From positions 1 through 28,216 of the forward strand of contig JAURLY010000234.1 of the NCBI GenBank assembly GCA_030830945.1: a stretch of 28,216 nucleotides of DNA. Direction: 5' to 3'. Made by a program: the position numbers and the translations under genes. Positions 1 to 9,057 of this stretch are shown in pieces (position 1 is the stretch's first letter; every line of letters starts with the position of its first letter). The DNA comes from Gammaproteobacteria bacterium (lineage in GTDB: Bacteria; Pseudomonadota; Gammaproteobacteria; Pseudomonadales; GM7GCV1). The notes beneath the pieces were generated by a model that did no database searches, had not been told where the DNA came from, and saw only the letters and a program-made list of their open reading frames with translations.

Positions 1-713
1 CAGCCTTCGAGGTAGCTAACCTGACTACCTTCGTCTGCAATAATTAAAGTGCGCTCGAACTGCCCCGTATTCTGCTCATTAATACGGAAATAGGTCGACA
101 ACTCCATCGGACAGCGAACCCCTTTGGGGATATAGACGAAGGAACCATCGCTAAACACAGCACTGTTCAGCGCTGCATAATAATTATCTTTTTGTGGAAC
201 AACGCTACCCAAATACTTCTTTACCAACTCGGGGTGTTCGTGAACCGCTTCAGAAATAGAGCAAAATATAATGCCTGCCTCAGACAGCTTTTTACGAAAA
301 GTCGTCGCCACAGAAACAGAGTCAAATACGACATCAACCGCAACACCTGCCAGAGCCTCTTGCTCATGCAGCGGAATGCCCAACTTGTTATAGGTCTCAA
401 TCAGCTCAGGATCAACTTCATCCAGGCTTTTAGGGCGATCTTCCATGCTCTTGGGTGAGGAATAGTAGGATATCGCTTGGAAATCGATCTTTGGATATTG
501 GACGTGAGCCCACTCCGGCTCATCCATCTCCAGCCATGCACGATATGCTCTAAGCCGCCAATCGAGCATCCATTGGGGTTCTTTTTTTACCCTTGAGATA
601 TGCGTGACAACATCTTCGTTTAGCCCAGGAGGCAACGTAATGGATTCGATATCCGTGACGAATCCTGCGGCGTAATCTTTCTCTACTAATTCGGCTATCT
701 GTTCGTTGGACAC
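1..713 (-). CDS. sufB: Fe-S cluster assembly protein SufB, N-terminal part (runs off the left edge; absent from the ORF track)
   Basis: Manual minus-strand translation from GTG at 713 (AGGA 5 nt upstream) gives [23 protein letters not shown]...[16 protein letters not shown]...[29 protein letters not shown]...[34 protein letters not shown]...[21 protein letters not shown], open to base 1. These are hallmark SufB segments. Confidence 0.96.
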   Translation of the reverse strand, partial: MSNEQIAELVEKDYAAGFVTDIESITLPPGLNEDVVTHISRVKKEPQWMLDWRLRAYRAWLEMDEPEWAHVQYPKIDFQAISYYSSPKSMEDRPKSLDEVDPELIETYNKLGIPLHEQEALAGVAVDVVFDSVSVATTFRKKLSEAGIIFCSISEAVHEHPELVKKYLGSVVPQKDNYYAALNSAVFSDGSFVYIPKGVRCPMELSTYFRINEQNTGQFERTLIIADEGSQVSYLEG

Positions 714-787
714 TGTTGTTCCTGGAAATATAGATTGTTCAAAAAGGCCAGTAAATTCATGCAATTCAACCCAGGCACATGGACGAA

Positions 788-820
788 ATTGTCCATTACC
801 TGACTAATTTTGTCAAGTAT
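788..820 (-). promoter_or_regulatory. sufB sigma70 promoter overlapped by a type-1 IscR operator
   Basis: 796-820 reads TTACCTGACTAATTTTGTCAAGTAT, 23/25 to the type-1 IscR consensus ATASYYGACTRWWWYAGTCRRSTAT. On the minus strand TTGACA (816-811) is followed by a 17-nt spacer and GACAAT (793-788). Confidence 0.8.
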
Positions 821-901
821 TGCAAGGAGCTCAAAAGCCTTTTGGGATGGCTGTAAATGGTTGCTATGATTCGAAATGCGCTACCGCATTATGCTAAATA
901 C

Positions 902-2131
902 CTATGCATTTTGTAATTTAGTCTGATGCCCGCATGTACTGGGCAAATCGAGCCCTTCCTTGAACCTGTTCCAGAGAGGTGACATTTCACGCAGCCGGCT
1001 CACCGCTGTTTTGGTCTGCTCAACGACATAATCAATCTCCTCTGCGGTCGTATAACGACCTATGCTAAAGCGAATGGAGCTGTGCGCAAGGTCGTCATCC
1101 AGCCCTAATGCACGCAATACATAAGATGGCTCCAGACTGGCGGAAGCACAGGCAGACCCAGAAGACACTGCCATATCTTTCAGCGCCATCAGGAGAGACT
1201 CCCCCTCAACGAAGGCAAAGCTTATGTTGACGATGCCCGGATAATTTTGGTCTGGATGCCCATTCAGCCGGATTGCTTCAACCTCATTTAGCCCCTCCAG
1301 CAATTGCTTTCTCAGGTCGGCCACTCTCTCATTATCAGTTTGCATTATCTCACCGGCCAAGCGGAAGGACTCCCCCATACCCACAATCTGGTGTGTGGGC
1401 AAAGTTCCGGAGCGCATACCGCGCTCATGGCCGCCGCCATGCATCTGGGCTTCCAGTTGCACACGCGGTTTACGCCTGACATAGAGCGCGCCCACACCTT
1501 TGGGACCGCAAATCTTATGAGCCGAGAGCGACATCAGGTCGACTTTCATGGCCTCTACATCAATAGCTACCTTGCCAGCGCTTTGGGCCGCATCAACATG
1601 AAACACAACTTTTCGCTCACGACAAATAGCGCCAATTGCGCCAATATCATTGAGGGTGCCAATCTCATTATTTACATGCATTAGGGAAACCAGGGTCGTA
1701 TCTTCACGAATAGCCTCGGCAACTTTCTCCGGACTAACAATGCCGAATTCATTTGGGTCAAGATAAGTTACTTCATAGTCCTCGTGTTCGAGCCAGCAAC
1801 AACTATCCAGTACCGCCTTGTGCTCGATTCTGGAGGTGATAATGTGTTTTCCCTTGCGCTGGTTAAAATGCGCAACACCCTTGATTGCGAGGTTATCTGC
1901 CTCGGTTGCGCCCGATGTCCAGACGATCTCTCGCGGATCCGCACCGATCAGAGCTGCCACCTGGCAACGAGCATTTTCTAAGGCTTCTTCAGCCTCCCAG
2001 CCAAACACATGGGATCTGGATGCCGGGTTACCGAAGTTACCTTCACTGGTCAGGCACTCAACCATCTTTTCCGCGACCCTGGGGTCAACCGGTGTGGTTG
2101 CCGCATAATCCAAATATATAGGCGTTTTCAT
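902..2131 (-). CDS. iscS: Cysteine desulfurase, IscS type (group I)
   Basis: [45 protein letters not shown] (PLP Lys), [10 protein letters not shown] (catalytic Cys loop), [20 protein letters not shown]. Confidence 0.97.
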   Translation of the reverse strand: MKTPIYLDYAATTPVDPRVAEKMVECLTSEGNFGNPASRSHVFGWEAEEALENARCQVAALIGADPREIVWTSGATEADNLAIKGVAHFNQRKGKHIITSRIEHKAVLDSCCWLEHEDYEVTYLDPNEFGIVSPEKVAEAIREDTTLVSLMHVNNEIGTLNDIGAIGAICRERKVVFHVDAAQSAGKVAIDVEAMKVDLMSLSAHKICGPKGVGALYVRRKPRVQLEAQMHGGGHERGMRSGTLPTHQIVGMGESFRLAGEIMQTDNERVADLRKQLLEGLNEVEAIRLNGHPDQNYPGIVNISFAFVEGESLLMALKDMAVSSGSACASASLEPSYVLRALGLDDDLAHSSIRFSIGRYTTAEEIDYVVEQTKTAVSRLREMSPLWNRFKEGLDLPSTCGHQTKLQNA

Positions 2132-2204
2132 AGTTTTCTTGAGCCTCTATGCCACTTAAAGCTATGGCGGTACTCAATGGTATACCTGATCTGCAACTAA
2201 TGTT

Positions 2205-2666
2205 TTAGGTAAGCTCTAAACGGCGATCTTCAACCATATCCTGGCGCTTACTAATTTGACTTATCTCTCGCCGGGTAATGAGGCAGTCAAGGCTGATTCC
2301 ACTCAAGAAATCATGAATCTGGTCACTTAGGTCTTCCCAGAGATGATGCGTGAGGCACATCTCGCCTTTCTGGCAATCGCCTTGCCCTCCACAGCTGGTC
2401 GCATCAACGGATTCGTTTACTGCATCCACTATTTCAGACACATAAATTTCTGATGCATCCCGCGCCAGGCAATAACCGCCACCAGGGCCACGTATACTCT
2501 CAACCAGACATTGCTGACGCAGCTTGGAAAACAGCTGCTCCAGATAGGAAAGCGATATACTTTGACGCTTACTTATATCAGACAGACTTATCGGTCCCTG
2601 ACCAGAATGTATGGCAACGTCCAGCATTGCTGTGACGGCGTAACGACCTTTGGTTGTCAGTTTCAT
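2205..2666 (-). CDS. iscR: Rrf2-family Fe-S cluster regulator IscR
   Basis: [11 protein letters not shown] start, SLSYLEQLF helix, RGPGGGY wing, cluster ligands C-x5-C-x5-C-x2-H ([20 protein letters not shown]). Lies directly upstream of iscS. Confidence 0.96.
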   Translation of the reverse strand: MKLTTKGRYAVTAMLDVAIHSGQGPISLSDISKRQSISLSYLEQLFSKLRQQCLVESIRGPGGGYCLARDASEIYVSEIVDAVNESVDATSCGGQGDCQKGEMCLTHHLWEDLSDQIHDFLSGISLDCLITRREISQISKRQDMVEDRRLELT

Positions 2667-2701
2667 AAGCTAATGGAATATCACAAATTGCATTGCTACG
2701 C

Positions 2702-2736
2702 ATTATAGCCTAATCCCTAGTAATTTAATCAAGTAT
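2702..2736 (-). promoter_or_regulatory. iscR promoter with autoregulatory IscR operator
   Basis: Minus strand 2736-2712 reads ATACTTGATTAAATTACTAGGGATT and shares the ATACTTGA start with the sufB operator in the same orientation. A perfect TATAAT lies at 2707-2702. The TTGATT -35 candidate has a long 19-nt spacer. Confidence 0.65.
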
Positions 2737-2765
2737 ATAGCAGCGCACAAAATGGTAATTTAATC
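2720..2765. repeat. Exact 11-bp direct repeat GTAATTTAATC (2720-2730 and 2755-2765)
   Basis: Read directly. The first copy is the core of the iscR operator and the second lies 35 bp away toward the kps promoter. Confidence 0.85.
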
Positions 2766-2767
2766 GC

Positions 2768-2794
2768 TTGATAAGCTTTCGCCCAACCTATAAT
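2768..2794 (+). promoter_or_regulatory. Candidate promoter of the kpsD operon
   Basis: Perfect TATAAT at 2789-2794. TTGATA at 2768-2773 gives only a 15-nt spacer, so the -35 is uncertain. Confidence 0.4.
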
Positions 2795-2828
2795 GTATGC
2801 GGCCTTAATGTTAAATGGTTTTTTAAGG

Positions 2829-4505
2829 ATGACCTTTAAGTCTTTGTATAAAGGCATTATTTTCCAACTTCTGTTTTGCTCGGTTCTTTTTGGCTATTCC
2901 AGCTTTTCAATCTCTCAGGCACCGAACGCGGAGGAGTCAGGAAATCTGTCCCAATCTACCGGCCCAGGACAATTTGAAGCGTCTGTGGATACAGGGTATC
3001 GAGTATTTGGCAGCAATCTTTTCACTGGCACTTTCGCCCAGCAATCTTTCTCGGGCTTTAACCCCAACTATCAAATTAATGTGGGAGACATGCTTTATTT
3101 GCAGGTCTGGGGAGCAGTGGAGTTTGAGGGTGAGCAACAAGTCGACCCTCAGGGGAATATCTTTATACCTCAGGTTGGCCCAGTTCGCGTACAGGGAACG
3201 CCTAACAGCGAACTCAATGACGTCATAGAAAAATCCGTATCCCGTGTCTACACCGACAATGTTTATATTTATGCGTCACTGGTAGAAGCACAGCCTGTAA
3301 AAGTGTTTGTTACTGGCAACGTCTTACGGCCCGGACTGTATCCCGGACTATCCTCTGACTCCATTCTCAGCTATATCGACAGAGCCGGGGGCATCGACCC
3401 GCGTCGAGGCAGCTATCTCGACATTCAACTGAAACGTAATGGCCAAACAGTTGAAGTCTTTAACCTCTACGACTTTTTGCTACACGGCAACATTAGGAAT
3501 GTACAACTGCACGAGGGAGACATCCTGCTGGTGGGCTCGCGCCAAAATGTGGTGAACTTTAGTGGACTGGTAGAAAACCCCTATCAAATTGAATTTTCTT
3601 CAAAATCTATTTCTCTTGCCGATGCGCTTAAAATTGTCGATCCTTTGCCTTTGGCAACGCATATCAGTATTGAGCGCAATACTGGCTTGAGATCAGAAGT
3701 TGAATACTTGGAAATCGCATCAGCTTTGGAATCCAATATAGAGCTTCTATCTGGAGATAGTGCCTCACTTGTCGCTGACAAAAGCCAGTCGACCATTGGC
3801 ATCATTGTGGAAGGCGAACATTTGGGGCAAGCCCAATATGTTTTACCCTACGGATCGAGACTAGGTGATTTAATACCCCTGCTTAGACCAAGTGAGCTGT
3901 CTAACCTGACTTCAATCCAGCTCTTTCGTCGATCACTTGCGCAGCAGCAAAAACGCGCTCTAGAGGAATCCTTAAGAGGGCTTGAAACTCAAGTGCTTTC
4001 CGCTCGAAATGATACTGTTCAGGAAGCCCAACTAAGAGCTAGCGAAGCCGAGCTTGTTTCCCAATTCGTTCAAAGAGCCCGTCAGGTGCAACCCAGAGGT
4101 CAGGTGATTTTAGGGGAAAGCGGGACTGCCAGAGACGTAGTTTTGGAAAACGGGGATCGCATAGTCATTCCCGCAAGTAGCAATCTGGTTTCTGTCAACG
4201 GCGAAGTACTTTTCCCAAATGCCACCGTGTTTAATCAGAATAGCAATGCCATGGATTACATTGCCCAGGCAGGAGGGTTTACCCAGAGAGCTGACGATTC
4301 AAGGGTAATCATACGTCGACCCAACGGCTCTATTTCTCAGCTTGAGGGTCGCGGGCTAAAACGCGCAGGATCTGAATATGTAAATTCGGGCGACGAAATC
4401 CTTGTCATGCCAGCGGTTGATACCAAACGCTTACAGTATAATAAAGACATTATTGAGATCATCTATCAGCTGGCACTTTCTGCCGGTGTAGTTCTCTCAA
4501 TATAA
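2829..4505 (+). CDS. kpsD: Capsule export protein KpsD (Poly_export + SLBB repeats)
   Basis: FGSNLFTGTF, YQINVGDMLYLQVWGA, VDPQGNIFIPQVGPV, VFVTGNVLRPGLY, AGGIDPRRGSYLDI, LENGDRIVIP, YIAQAGGFTQRAD. The ~560-aa size fits KpsD rather than Wza, and it precedes kpsMTE. The start was moved from 2793 to the in-frame ATG at 2829 because 2793 overlaps the putative -10 and the later start gives a signal-peptide-like N-terminus. Confidence 0.88.
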   Translation: MTFKSLYKGIIFQLLFCSVLFGYSSFSISQAPNAEESGNLSQSTGPGQFEASVDTGYRVFGSNLFTGTFAQQSFSGFNPNYQINVGDMLYLQVWGAVEFEGEQQVDPQGNIFIPQVGPVRVQGTPNSELNDVIEKSVSRVYTDNVYIYASLVEAQPVKVFVTGNVLRPGLYPGLSSDSILSYIDRAGGIDPRRGSYLDIQLKRNGQTVEVFNLYDFLLHGNIRNVQLHEGDILLVGSRQNVVNFSGLVENPYQIEFSSKSISLADALKIVDPLPLATHISIERNTGLRSEVEYLEIASALESNIELLSGDSASLVADKSQSTIGIIVEGEHLGQAQYVLPYGSRLGDLIPLLRPSELSNLTSIQLFRRSLAQQQKRALEESLRGLETQVLSARNDTVQEAQLRASEAELVSQFVQRARQVQPRGQVILGESGTARDVVLENGDRIVIPASSNLVSVNGEVLFPNATVFNQNSNAMDYIAQAGGFTQRADDSRVIIRRPNGSISQLEGRGLKRAGSEYVNSGDEILVMPAVDTKRLQYNKDIIEIIYQLALSAGVVLSI

Positions 4506-4510
4506 AAGTT

Positions 4511-5308
4511 ATGCCCCTGACTAAACGATCTTCTTGGCAAGTTCAGTGGGCAGTCTGGAAAGCCCTGTTTCACCGTTCTTTGGACACAAAGATAGGCGAT
4601 CACTTTCTTGGTCCACTCTGGGTAATCACAGAACCCTTGGTGCATATAGCCACCCTGACAATTATTTTCAAGTTTATTCGCGAGCGTGGTGATTATCAGG
4701 GAATACCCTTTGTTGCGTTTTTCGCTGCAGGCATTCTGCCCTTCTTTATTTTCCAACACACAGTCAATAAAGCTCTCAGGGCAATGCGCCAGAATCAACA
4801 GCTTTTTAGCTATCGTCAGGTCAAACCGCTGGATGTTATTGTCGTGATGACTTATGTGGAGCTTTTTGTCTACGTTCTGATAGCCCTTATCCTCATGTGG
4901 GTGGGCGCCTGGTTTTTTAATATTGATGGTATACCTCACCTTCCACTCGAAGTGGTTTTGATTTTTATTTTGCTTTGCCTTTTCAGCATTGGGTCAGGAT
5001 TGTTTTGTGCTGTGCTGGGAGCCAGGTGGGAAGATGCCTCGACCCTTATTATCCAAATGCCTCTTCGCTTGCTATATTTCATGTCAGGCATTCTTATCCC
5101 GATGCAATCTTTACCACAGCACCTACATAAATACATGCTCTGGAACCCCCTGCTACACGCTATAGAGCAAATTAGGGCGCATACCTTTGATGGTTATATT
5201 GCGGCAGGAACGTCAATCAGCTATCTAGCGCTCTGCACTGTCGCCAACCTTTTTATCGGGTTAACCTACTTTTCCATGAACCGCTCCAGACTGCTGTTAC
5301 TAAGATGA
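4511..5308 (+). CDS. kpsM: Capsule ABC transporter permease KpsM
   Basis: ABC-2 membrane protein with LGPLWVITEPLVH, FFAAGILPFFIF, LFSYRQVKPLD, LYFMSGILIP and WNPLLHAIEQIR. ATGA overlap with the ATPase gene. Confidence 0.92.
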   Translation: MPLTKRSSWQVQWAVWKALFHRSLDTKIGDHFLGPLWVITEPLVHIATLTIIFKFIRERGDYQGIPFVAFFAAGILPFFIFQHTVNKALRAMRQNQQLFSYRQVKPLDVIVVMTYVELFVYVLIALILMWVGAWFFNIDGIPHLPLEVVLIFILLCLFSIGSGLFCAVLGARWEDASTLIIQMPLRLLYFMSGILIPMQSLPQHLHKYMLWNPLLHAIEQIRAHTFDGYIAAGTSISYLALCTVANLFIGLTYFSMNRSRLLLLR

Positions 5309-5982
5309 TTGAAATACAGAATCTCTATAAATATTACCCCACAGCATTGGGTAGAAAGTATGTATTTAAGGATTTAAATCTGAAAATTCCGGATATGTGT
5401 AATGTCGGGGTATTGGGGTTAAACGGCTCAGGAAAATCGACCTTGATCAATCTACTCAGTGGTAGTGATCAGCCAAATAGGGGAAGCATAAAGATAGACG
5501 GGTCTGTTTCCTGGCCCCTTGGGCTTTCGGGGGGGGTTCAACCCAGATTGACAGGACGTCAAAATGCGGAATTTGTCTGCCGAATTTATTGCGAAACAAG
5601 CAAGGAAATAAACAAAAAACTAGAATTTATAAAAGATTTTTCTGATATTGAAGATTTTTTTGAGTTGCCAGTAAGGACCTATTCAAGCGGTATGAAATCG
5701 AAGCTGACCTTTGCCATGAGCATGGCGTTTGATTTCGATATTTTCCTGATTGACGAGCTAACGGCCGTTGGCGATGCCCAGTTCCGACAGAAAAGCAAAC
5801 AGGCATTGAAAGAAAAGAGAAACAAGGCCAGCTATATTATGGTGTCACACAACGTCAATGACCTGATCAAGGAATGCGACCAGATGATTGTCCTTCACAA
5901 GGCTAAAGTAACCATGTTCGAGGATGTTGATAAAGGCCTTGAGTACTACAAGAAAAAGATCAAGATTGAAGACACAGAATGA
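5305..5982 (+). CDS. kpsT: Capsule ABC transporter ATPase KpsT
   Basis: Walker A GLNGSGKST, SWPLG, signature YSSGM, Walker B FLIDE, H-loop VSHN. No C-terminal carbohydrate-binding extension. Confidence 0.95.
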   Translation: MIEIQNLYKYYPTALGRKYVFKDLNLKIPDMCNVGVLGLNGSGKSTLINLLSGSDQPNRGSIKIDGSVSWPLGLSGGVQPRLTGRQNAEFVCRIYCETSKEINKKLEFIKDFSDIEDFFELPVRTYSSGMKSKLTFAMSMAFDFDIFLIDELTAVGDAQFRQKSKQALKEKRNKASYIMVSHNVNDLIKECDQMIVLHKAKVTMFEDVDKGLEYYKKKIKIEDTE

Positions 5983-7124
5983 TGGAAGATATAACGCAAC
6001 GCACTACGCGACTATTTCATTTAGCGGCAGAATGGCTCAAAACCGATTCTGGAAAAATTTTTATAGGCGTGGCGGCGATTCCTTCTCTCCTGACCGCCAT
6101 CTATCTATACCTACTGGCGCCCGATCGCTATGTGAGCACATCCTACCTAAGTGTTTACGATTCCAATGTTCCTTCAGCATCCAATGATGTTTTTACCTCC
6201 CTAGGAATAACCTCTGGTCAGAGCAACACCGATCTGCAAATTTTGGAAGCATATTTGCATTCTTCAGAGTTACTCAACACTGCAGACAAGGAGTTGAAAG
6301 TAAAAGAGCACTACAGCGACACATCTGACTTTGTTTTTGGTATGAGCCCAGATGCTCCTTTAGAAGATTTTCATAGCTTCTATCAAAGTCGCGTACATGT
6401 GCAGGTCAATCAGCAAACAAGGCTGCTTACCATTACTACAGAGGGATACACACCAGAATTTGCCCTGGAGCTTAATCTCTTTCTAATCAAAGAAGGCGAA
6501 AGAGTCATTAATCGGCTCAATCAGGATGTTGCTCGCACAGAAATGGCATTTGCGGAGGAGGAAATTGCACGAGGCTTAAATTTATTGAAAGAAGCTCAAA
6601 TGGAGCTGGCCAGATATCAAAGCCGTGAAGACGTGACTATTCCTCAAAGCGAGGGTGAATCCATTCTTTCCGTCATAAATGGCATGGAGGCTTCTTTAGC
6701 TGAGGCGAGGATTCAACTTAATGAGACCCTGACTTTTCTTAGCCCTGACTCACCTCAAGCCAGATCGCTCAACGCCAAGATATCTGCACTGGAAACACAA
6801 ATTGAGCAGCAAAAATCACGGATCATTGGTGCCAGTGGTTCAGATGAGGCATTGACCAGATTGCAAATCGAATACAACGAACTTCTCTCCAGGGTGGAGC
6901 TAGCTAGGGTTGTTTATGAAGCAGCAGTTAGTTCTTATGAAATATCAAGAAGTCAGTCCACAAAGAAGCTGAAACACCTGCTTATACCCTCTCCCCCCGC
7001 GCTTCCTGAAAAGCCTGAATTACCAGAGCGCTCATACTGGTGGGCAACCATGACCATGATTTGTCTTGCCTTGTTTGGCATAGTCAAAATGGTTCAGCGA
7101 TCTATTCGCGAGCATCAGGACTAA
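5979..7124 (+). CDS. kpsE: Capsule export polysaccharide co-polymerase KpsE
   Basis: N- and C-terminal TM segments, APDRYVSTS, YLHSSELL, long coiled coil, FLSPDSPQ, PALPEKPELPER before the last TM. ATGA overlap with kpsT. Confidence 0.92.
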   Translation: MMEDITQRTTRLFHLAAEWLKTDSGKIFIGVAAIPSLLTAIYLYLLAPDRYVSTSYLSVYDSNVPSASNDVFTSLGITSGQSNTDLQILEAYLHSSELLNTADKELKVKEHYSDTSDFVFGMSPDAPLEDFHSFYQSRVHVQVNQQTRLLTITTEGYTPEFALELNLFLIKEGERVINRLNQDVARTEMAFAEEEIARGLNLLKEAQMELARYQSREDVTIPQSEGESILSVINGMEASLAEARIQLNETLTFLSPDSPQARSLNAKISALETQIEQQKSRIIGASGSDEALTRLQIEYNELLSRVELARVVYEAAVSSYEISRSQSTKKLKHLLIPSPPALPEKPELPERSYWWATMTMICLALFGIVKMVQRSIREHQD

Positions 7125-7134
7125 GCCCTTAGCC

Positions 7135-9057
7135 TTGTATGAAAAGACCAGCATGCCGATCAAAATCGTTTCCGCAGTAGAGTTTGCCCAGCTATTAGGC
7201 AGTCAAGACATAAAACACAATGGTCTGGTAGAGATTCGAATCAAGCTTACAAAGCCACAAGTCTATCTTGAATGTGAAATAGCGGCCAAAAGCTCTCGTG
7301 GCGCAATTCGAAAATACAAGATTACACTGAGGCCTGGAGCTGTAAGAAGCAGAATTATTCGTCTTTGGAGGGATACTGAAAGTATTTCAATCAGGACATT
7401 GCGAATTGAAGATCCTTTTGAGCTTGAATTTGTTTCACTGGTTAAATTCCCCCTTGTTATCAATGCCTGGATAATCTGGAAAAGGTTGCAGCACTACAAA
7501 AGAGCCTTACCCAAAAATCGAAACCTTATCTGGCGGGCATACAACCAGACATTCAATACCCAGCAGGGAATAACCAACTACCAGAACTGGATTCAAGATA
7601 ACGAGCCAAAATCATCTCAGGCCCTTATAAAAGAAAACCTTGGCAAAAAATTCAATCTGGTTATTTATCCTGGAGAAAGTCCATCCTCCTATTTAAGCTT
7701 GGTGTCATTAAATACTAGCGGGAAGATATTTGACCTGACATCGGACTCACAATATGAACTGGAAGAACTTAAAAAAACGATTCAGGGTGATGCCAGCGGT
7801 TTAAGTGAATACTTCCTGTTTATAACGACGGATGATCAACTTGCCCCAACCGCGCCTGAAATAATTACCTCAACTCTTCAAACTTCGGACGCCGAAATCC
7901 TCTATACCGATGAGGATCGACTGATAGGCAAGAAACGTGATCGACCCGAGTTTAAACCTGCCTGGAATCCAGAATATTTTTTTGAATCTAACTACACAGG
8001 AAGATCTGTGGTATTTGCTTCCAAACATCTAAAAAAACTGGATCTGGCATATTTTTTTCCATCTCTTGCCTCAATCGGGAAAATTCTTGGTGAAGCAATT
8101 ATTGATGAGCCATCTACGCCCGTAAAACATATTCACGCTATGTGTTTCCATAGAGGCTATGAGCCACTGACCTATCGTTTCCGGCCGCCAGAAAAAAAGA
8201 TAACTGATGAATGGCCATCCGCCGATGATGAGCCCAGTGTAGACATCCTAATACCTACACGTGACAAACTTGAAATTTTAGAACCCTGCATTCGATCAAT
8301 TCTCGACAAATCCACCTACAGTAATTTTGTCGTTAGTATTCTGGACAACGAAAGTCAGGAGCAAGAAACGCTCGAGTTTTTTAATAAAATTGAGGCGCAC
8401 CCCCAAGTCAGGGTACTCAAGTTCCCCTATCCTTTTAACTACTCAGCAATAAATAATTTTGGTGCTCGCCAATCAACTTCGGAAATATTGATCCTGCTCA
8501 ATAATGATATTGAGGTAATCAGTCCACACTGGATTGAGGCGCTTGTTTCGCAAGCTGTGCAACCCAATATAGGCTGCGTTGGAGCTAAACTATACTATCC
8601 AAATGGCTGGATACAGCATGCCGGAGTTATCCTTGGTATCGGGGACATTGCGGGGCATAGCCATCGTTTTTATCCTGGCAATAGCAGAGGCTACATGAAT
8701 CGCCTGGTCAGCACCCAAAGAGTATCCGCAGTAACAGCAGCTTGCCTTGCAATTCAAAGATCTATTTATGATCAGGTTAATGGGCTGGATGAGGAAAACC
8801 TGACCGTGGCGTATAACGATGTAGATTTTTGCTTACGTGTATTAGAGGCTGGGTATCACAATATATGGACCCCAAAAGCTGAGCTTTTGCATCACGAATC
8901 CATAAGTAGAGGACACGATGACACACTTCAAAAGAGACGACGTTATCAAGCAGAAGTAAAATATATGAAGCAACGTTGGAAAAGCCACTTAAAACTGGAT
9001 CCTTACTATCATCCGGCTCTTTCACACAATAGAGAGGATTTTTCACTAAAATCATGA
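7135..9057 (+). CDS. Glycosyltransferase family 2 (two-domain RfbC-like; first domain degenerate)
   Basis: C-terminal GT-A domain: VDILIPTRD, ILDNES, FNYSAINN, LLNNDIEVI, VGAKLYYP, VTAACL, YNDVDFCLR, HHESISRG. A remnant first domain has ILYTDED and FKPAWNPE. The start may be TTG 7135 or ATG 7153. Confidence 0.88.
   Translation: MYEKTSMPIKIVSAVEFAQLLGSQDIKHNGLVEIRIKLTKPQVYLECEIAAKSSRGAIRKYKITLRPGAVRSRIIRLWRDTESISIRTLRIEDPFELEFVSLVKFPLVINAWIIWKRLQHYKRALPKNRNLIWRAYNQTFNTQQGITNYQNWIQDNEPKSSQALIKENLGKKFNLVIYPGESPSSYLSLVSLNTSGKIFDLTSDSQYELEELKKTIQGDASGLSEYFLFITTDDQLAPTAPEIITSTLQTSDAEILYTDEDRLIGKKRDRPEFKPAWNPEYFFESNYTGRSVVFASKHLKKLDLAYFFPSLASIGKILGEAIIDEPSTPVKHIHAMCFHRGYEPLTYRFRPPEKKITDEWPSADDEPSVDILIPTRDKLEILEPCIRSILDKSTYSNFVVSILDNESQEQETLEFFNKIEAHPQVRVLKFPYPFNYSAINNFGARQSTSEILILLNNDIEVISPHWIEALVSQAVQPNIGCVGAKLYYPNGWIQHAGVILGIGDIAGHSHRFYPGNSRGYMNRLVSTQRVSAVTAACLAIQRSIYDQVNGLDEENLTVAYNDVDFCLRVLEAGYHNIWTPKAELLHHESISRGHDDTLQKRRRYQAEVKYMKQRWKSHLKLDPYYHPALSHNREDFSLKS

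Noticed and set aside
192-458. 88-aa plus-strand ORF in the track
   Set aside because: It is the antisense shadow of sufB, which is clearly encoded on the minus strand. The other short track ORFs lying opposite or out of frame inside long motif-supported genes are rejected for the same reason.
1-713. Expected cysE or iscU next to iscS from synteny
   Set aside because: Manual translation shows unmistakable SufB sequence instead.
875-890. Hairpin AATGCG-CTAC-CGCATT downstream of iscS, containing GCGGTAG on the minus strand
   Set aside because: The 6-bp stem lacks a U-tract, so it is not called a terminator. The ops match is incomplete and points toward sufB rather than the capsule genes.
2829-2920. 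Lipobox in KpsD (LLFC) implying a Wza-like lipoprotein
   Set aside because: L-L-F-C does not fit [LVI][ASTVI][GAS]C, and the protein size and kpsMTE context fit KpsD.
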